This document shows positions 26,778 through 30,322 of a stretch of DNA of 30,322 nt, in pieces. The DNA lies in contig CAXXVK010000039.1 in NCBI GenBank assembly GCA_963676915.2, forward strand, positions 1-30,322, in the 5' to 3' direction. Source of the DNA: Myxococcota bacterium (lineage in GTDB: Bacteria > Myxococcota_A > SURF-8 > G963663525). A program made the position numbers and the translations under genes. Position 1 is the stretch's first letter; every line of letters begins with the position of its first letter. The notes beneath the pieces are model-generated. The model ran no database searches, was not told the origin of the DNA, and saw only the letters and a program-made list of their open reading frames with translations.

Positions 26778-27746
26778 ATGGGCTCCTCCCGAACTTCCAG
26801 AAAATGGCTGCCCGGTGCAATCAGCAGGCTGTTGCATCTCGAAATGACGCAGATCGACGTCACCGACATCTTGCCGCAGCGGGAGGACTACTACGTCGAA
26901 AAACATGCCAAAAAGGAAACGCTGCTGCTGGGGAAATTCGGCACGAAGGACGTTTACGACCAGCTTTTGTTTCACGGCGTCGTCAATCGCCTGAAAGAAT
27001 CCGGATTCGAGGATTTGAAACTCGATCTGGCGGAGCGCTCGGAGCGAGTCTGGGAAGTCCGTTTGTACGATGGCTTGAAAGTCGAGGACCGCCTGATCGG
27101 GGAAGCGTTCATCCACGATGGTCTGTTCAAAGTCAAGGGGTCGGTTTTACCGGCGTTCGAAGGCCGACGCTTTCCGTTGATTTTCGTGCAGTGGCTGTGT
27201 TTGCAAAATCCGGGGGCAAAATTCACGCCGGAACGTTCGGCTTTTCCGGGGCAACGGTTTCCCGGCCTTAAAATGGCCGGTACGGTGATCGGTGTTTTTG
27301 CGTTCATGGCCCAACAGAACCGTTATTCGGGTTTGGCCAATACGCCGGAATACCTGCACAATGCGATGATCTACTCGTCCCGCTGCAAATACTTCAGCCC
27401 CGACGCCGAAGCTCGCTTGCAAGCCTTAATGCGCGACATGAAAGGCATTTCTCCGGTAACACTTTCCTGGGCGCAGTTGATGGGTTGCTTGCACGAATCC
27501 GATACCGGTACGGATTTTCGATGGTTCAGGGAAGAACAGATCCTGCCGTTCTCGCAAGATTTGATCGACTACTTCGAAAGCACCGAGTATCGGAACCGAT
27601 TTTGGGAAGTTTACAACGCGGTCCATTACCGCTTCGATGAAGACCGCTTCGAGCGCCACAATCCGCTCAACGCGGACGGTTCTCCCAAAGTCGGTGTCGA
27701 GGAACGACTTGCCGAGTACATCCGAAGGATGGACGAGGAAAAGTGA
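26778..27746 (+). CDS. Hypothetical protein (possibly GNAT-like; resembles a domain recalled from deltaproteobacterial deacetylase C-termini)
   Basis: 322-aa ORF with genome-typical codon usage, ending at a strong terminator; motif WLCLQNP..FTPER..FPGQ.FPGL and ..NTPEYLHNA.IY. Function from recall only. Confidence 0.75.
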   Translation: MGSSRTSRKWLPGAISRLLHLEMTQIDVTDILPQREDYYVEKHAKKETLLLGKFGTKDVYDQLLFHGVVNRLKESGFEDLKLDLAERSERVWEVRLYDGLKVEDRLIGEAFIHDGLFKVKGSVLPAFEGRRFPLIFVQWLCLQNPGAKFTPERSAFPGQRFPGLKMAGTVIGVFAFMAQQNRYSGLANTPEYLHNAMIYSSRCKYFSPDAEARLQALMRDMKGISPVTLSWAQLMGCLHESDTGTDFRWFREEQILPFSQDLIDYFESTEYRNRFWEVYNAVHYRFDEDRFERHNPLNADGSPKVGVEERLAEYIRRMDEEK

Positions 27747-27781
27747 AAACGGCGCGAAACATTCCGTTTCGCGCCGTTTTT
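27746..27781. terminator. Bidirectional intrinsic terminator between convergent genes
   Basis: 15-bp perfect inverted repeat AAAACGGCGCGAAAC-attcc-GTTTCGCGCCGTTTT with A/T runs on both sides. Confidence 0.9.
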
Positions 27782-27811
27782 CAAATAACGGGTTAACCCT
27801 GTTGCATCAGG

Positions 27812-28438
27812 TTAGTAGCAGTCGTCGGATACATAACAGGAAGACCCAATACCGCATTGTGATACTTTTCCGTCACATGTGACTCCATTAACCAAATTGT
27901 AGAGACCCAATGAAAAAACGGATAGTGTAACGCACAGTTCGACATTCATTTTATAGCGACAATGAATCCCGGACCCGGGGACCACAAAGAGGCAATCTTC
28001 GCCAGATACGGTACAAGTAGGACTAGCGTTGCTTGGTACCAGGCAAGCGGCTAGCTCGGGGCAGTCACTGATTTCGAACCCACAGCGGTCGGCTTTCATG
28101 ATGGGGGCGCAGGCTTTATAAGCGGAGACGGCGCAGTCTGGCTGGCTCGCCAGATTTTCCACGCATTCGGTCGTTGTCACGGCGGGAATATCCGTCTCTG
28201 TTTCCTCTATGGTGCAGGTTATGGCTTCGCTCATTCCCGCGTTTTCTACGTACCAGGCGCAAAAGGTTTTTTTCTCCGCATCCGAAAGGCTTTGAATCAA
28301 GCTATCGGGTGAAACATCTTCAATGTTTCCAACCGTATTTTCGTCCGAATCGTCTCCGCAGCCGGAAAACATGGGAAGAATCAGAAGGTTGAGAAAAGAA
28401 AGAATCAAGAAGAGGCTCAAAGTGCTTTTGCGTTTCAT
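27812..28438 (-). CDS. Cys-rich lipoprotein of unknown function (two 8-Cys modules)
   Basis: Basic N-terminus, hydrophobic core, lipobox FSG-C, acidic linker, and 16 further Cys; RBS AAGGAG upstream. Confidence 0.85.
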   Translation of the reverse strand: MKRKSTLSLFLILSFLNLLILPMFSGCGDDSDENTVGNIEDVSPDSLIQSLSDAEKKTFCAWYVENAGMSEAITCTIEETETDIPAVTTTECVENLASQPDCAVSAYKACAPIMKADRCGFEISDCPELAACLVPSNASPTCTVSGEDCLFVVPGSGIHCRYKMNVELCVTLSVFSLGLYNLVNGVTCDGKVSQCGIGSSCYVSDDCY

Positions 28439-28673
28439 CGGAGTTTTCTCCTTTGGTTCGAAATCAACGAATACTTAGAGTGAAATGCATCAAAGGAGGC
28501 AATATACCTATCATGTTGGAGTGCTTTTTGCCAAACTTTTGACGGAAAAGATCAAGCGGGTGCTTGTTGCCTATAAAGCGCTATAAGCACACACGTAGGA
28601 ACACACGCAATATTTCTAACACGACGAAAAACGATTCGCTCGTTTTCGATAAAAAGTGTGAAAACACCCAAAG

Positions 28674-28701
28674 AAAAACCCGCCTGACGCATCAGGCGGG
28701 T
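28674..28701 (-). terminator. Intrinsic terminator of the PKD-domain gene
   Basis: Stem ACCCGCCTGA/TCAGGCGGGT (28678-28701) with a 4-nt loop and a minus-strand U-run. Confidence 0.85.
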
Positions 28702-28724
28702 GGAGAGTAAAGCGCTTGCTGTGA

Positions 28725-30322
28725 TCAATCACATTCCGGTGGGGTGTCGAAGCGTCCGTTGGAACGAGTGATCGAGCAGCTATAGGAATCGTCGGTGTTG
28801 TACAGCACCGAGTTCTGACCCGTGGCCGAGTACGTCGCGTAGGGAGCATCGTTGATGTAGTAGAAGAAGGTCAGATGCGCCGGTAGCGGGTCGCAGAATG
28901 TCTCCAGATGGCAGATCGTACAATCTTCGCAGCAGGAATCGATGATGCCACCCACGCCGCAGAAACTCAACACGCACCAGAAGCTGTTTTCACAACCGCA
29001 ACCACAATCGTTGTGACGTTCCTCACAGACGTTTTCCTGGTGGCAGGTTTCGGAGGCTTCTTCGTAATGAGCGAAAGATTTGTAGGTGCCGTTTCCGGGA
29101 AAGTCCAGTTCTGTATCGAGGTCGGGTCTATCCAGGTCCGGGTGAACGATGATTTCCGGTCCGTTCATCTCGCTGGCCTGTACGAATTTCGGGCTGCCGT
29201 AGCCGACCCATGACGGATGCGGGTTTTCTTCGCGGCAGTCGCTGATATCGTTGGCATGGCCCCTGGGTTGTATCCAGTGCAGGTTCACGTCGCCGCCGTT
29301 GTTCCAGACCAGTTCCACTCGGATGCTGTCGTTGTAGATGACTGCCACGCTGATGTCTTCGCGACCGGAGATCAGGCCGTCTTCGTCCACGACTTCCAGA
29401 CTTACGACGTAATGACCGCCCGTGTAGAAGAAATGGTTGAAGCGTGACGCCGTGGAGATGTTCACCGCTTCGGCGGGCAATTGACCTTCTTCACGCAGAT
29501 ACCAGCGGTACTGGAGGAAGGCGTCGTCGGGATGGTCGGGATCTTGGGAGGACAGACCGTCGAGGCAGACGGACTCACCGGCGTAGATTTCGATGCTGGT
29601 ATAGCCTTCGTAACCGGCATTGCAGATACGCGGAATTGCTTCCGGTCCCTGCAAAGCATTGACGATCAAGGTGGAATCCGCCGTTTGTTCCGAAAGCTCA
29701 CCCCAGCGGTCGGTTACCGTCAGATAGATTTCGTACACGCCCGGATTGACGAATTCGGCGGTAATCTGCGGATCGCCACCGTCTGCGCCATCGAGAGCGC
29801 CGCCCCAGATAATCTGACTGGACTGGGGAGAGGTCCAGGTGAAACGGTCGATCCAGTCCGGGATGGCCGAGTCGGAGTCGGGATCCCAGGAGTCGGAGCC
29901 GTCCAAGGTGATTTCCTGGTCCACACCGACGATGTAAGTGATTTCACGGGTGCCGACACGACCGGCCGGGCGTCCCGGAGGCGATTTAACCAGTGCTATC
30001 GGCAGGTTGTTTCCTTTGCCGTTACCCTGGATTTTCACACGGTACTCGGGGTAGTCCGCACCTGGCGGGGGCTGGTCTTCGTCCGGCGTGTCTTCGAGAA
30101 TCCTTGCTGCACCCCGATCGTTGTGCTTGACGATCACCGACCCTCGGGCCGTGCCGTCGGAAGTCGGAGCGTACTTGACGGCAACCGTGATTTGTTGAGG
30201 AACCGACCCGGAATTGAGTTCGTTGAGCAGGAACGAGGTCGTTACCTGAGCCGAAGTTTCGGGAGAAGGCTGGTACACGTCTTCCAGAGCGAAACCTTCG
30301 GGGAAGTCGATCATCGTGATTT
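28725..30322 (-). CDS. Large secreted/surface protein, 3' part: Ig-like domain, two PKD/REJ-like domains and a YfaP-like C-terminal domain with a Cys-rich insert
   Basis: The frame stays open to the window edge (partial). PKD motifs LDGSDSWDPD..FTW..PGVYEIYLTVTD and LDGLSSQDPD..YRW..GHYVVSLEVVD; IRVELVW..GDVNLH..GPE pattern. Confidence 0.8.
   Translation of the reverse strand, partial: ITMIDFPEGFALEDVYQPSPETSAQVTTSFLLNELNSGSVPQQITVAVKYAPTSDGTARGSVIVKHNDRGAARILEDTPDEDQPPPGADYPEYRVKIQGNGKGNNLPIALVKSPPGRPAGRVGTREITYIVGVDQEITLDGSDSWDPDSDSAIPDWIDRFTWTSPQSSQIIWGGALDGADGGDPQITAEFVNPGVYEIYLTVTDRWGELSEQTADSTLIVNALQGPEAIPRICNAGYEGYTSIEIYAGESVCLDGLSSQDPDHPDDAFLQYRWYLREEGQLPAEAVNISTASRFNHFFYTGGHYVVSLEVVDEDGLISGREDISVAVIYNDSIRVELVWNNGGDVNLHWIQPRGHANDISDCREENPHPSWVGYGSPKFVQASEMNGPEIIVHPDLDRPDLDTELDFPGNGTYKSFAHYEEASETCHQENVCEERHNDCGCGCENSFWCVLSFCGVGGIIDSCCEDCTICHLETFCDPLPAHLTFFYYINDAPYATYSATGQNSVLYNTDDSYSCSITRSNGRFDTPPECD

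Noticed and set aside
28517-28532. GG-N10-GC sigma54-like motif (TGGAGTGCTTTTTGCC) on the plus strand
   Set aside because: Weak -24 box, and it points at no plus-strand gene.

Overview
This 30.3-kb window looks like a deltaproteobacterium (Myxococcota/Desulfobacterota-like; inferred from the Cys-rich lipoproteins, sigma54-driven type IVa pilin and PFOR) with anaerobic metabolism. From left to right it holds a partial mobA coupled to an MMPL/RND transporter, a disintegrin/EGF-repeat lipoprotein with a C-terminal FGE-sulfatase-fold domain, and a REP-like palindrome cluster. A polysaccharide deacetylase and a GNAT protein follow. Next comes a minus-strand, mostly translationally coupled cluster (15384->7613): two 2-hydroxyacyl-CoA dehydratase subunits, their ATP-dependent activator, a truncated acetyl-CoA synthase (AcsB)-like protein, an SCP2-domain protein, a CooC/AcsF-type ATPase, a GMC oxidoreductase and a TruC-like pseudouridine synthase. 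The rest comprises an EEP-family lipoprotein, an N-acyl-D-amino-acid deacylase, pilA with a clear sigma54 promoter, PFOR, a candidate ~86-nt sRNA, leuS, a hypothetical protein, a Cys-rich lipoprotein and a partial PKD-domain surface protein. The best candidate for an undescribed system is the radical-dehydratase / mini-ACS / CooC / SCP2 / GMC cluster, which carries Ni-enzyme maturation parts but no CODH in the window. The second best is the C-rich-loop sRNA between PFOR and leuS. All family calls come from motif recognition by eye; no database searches were run.
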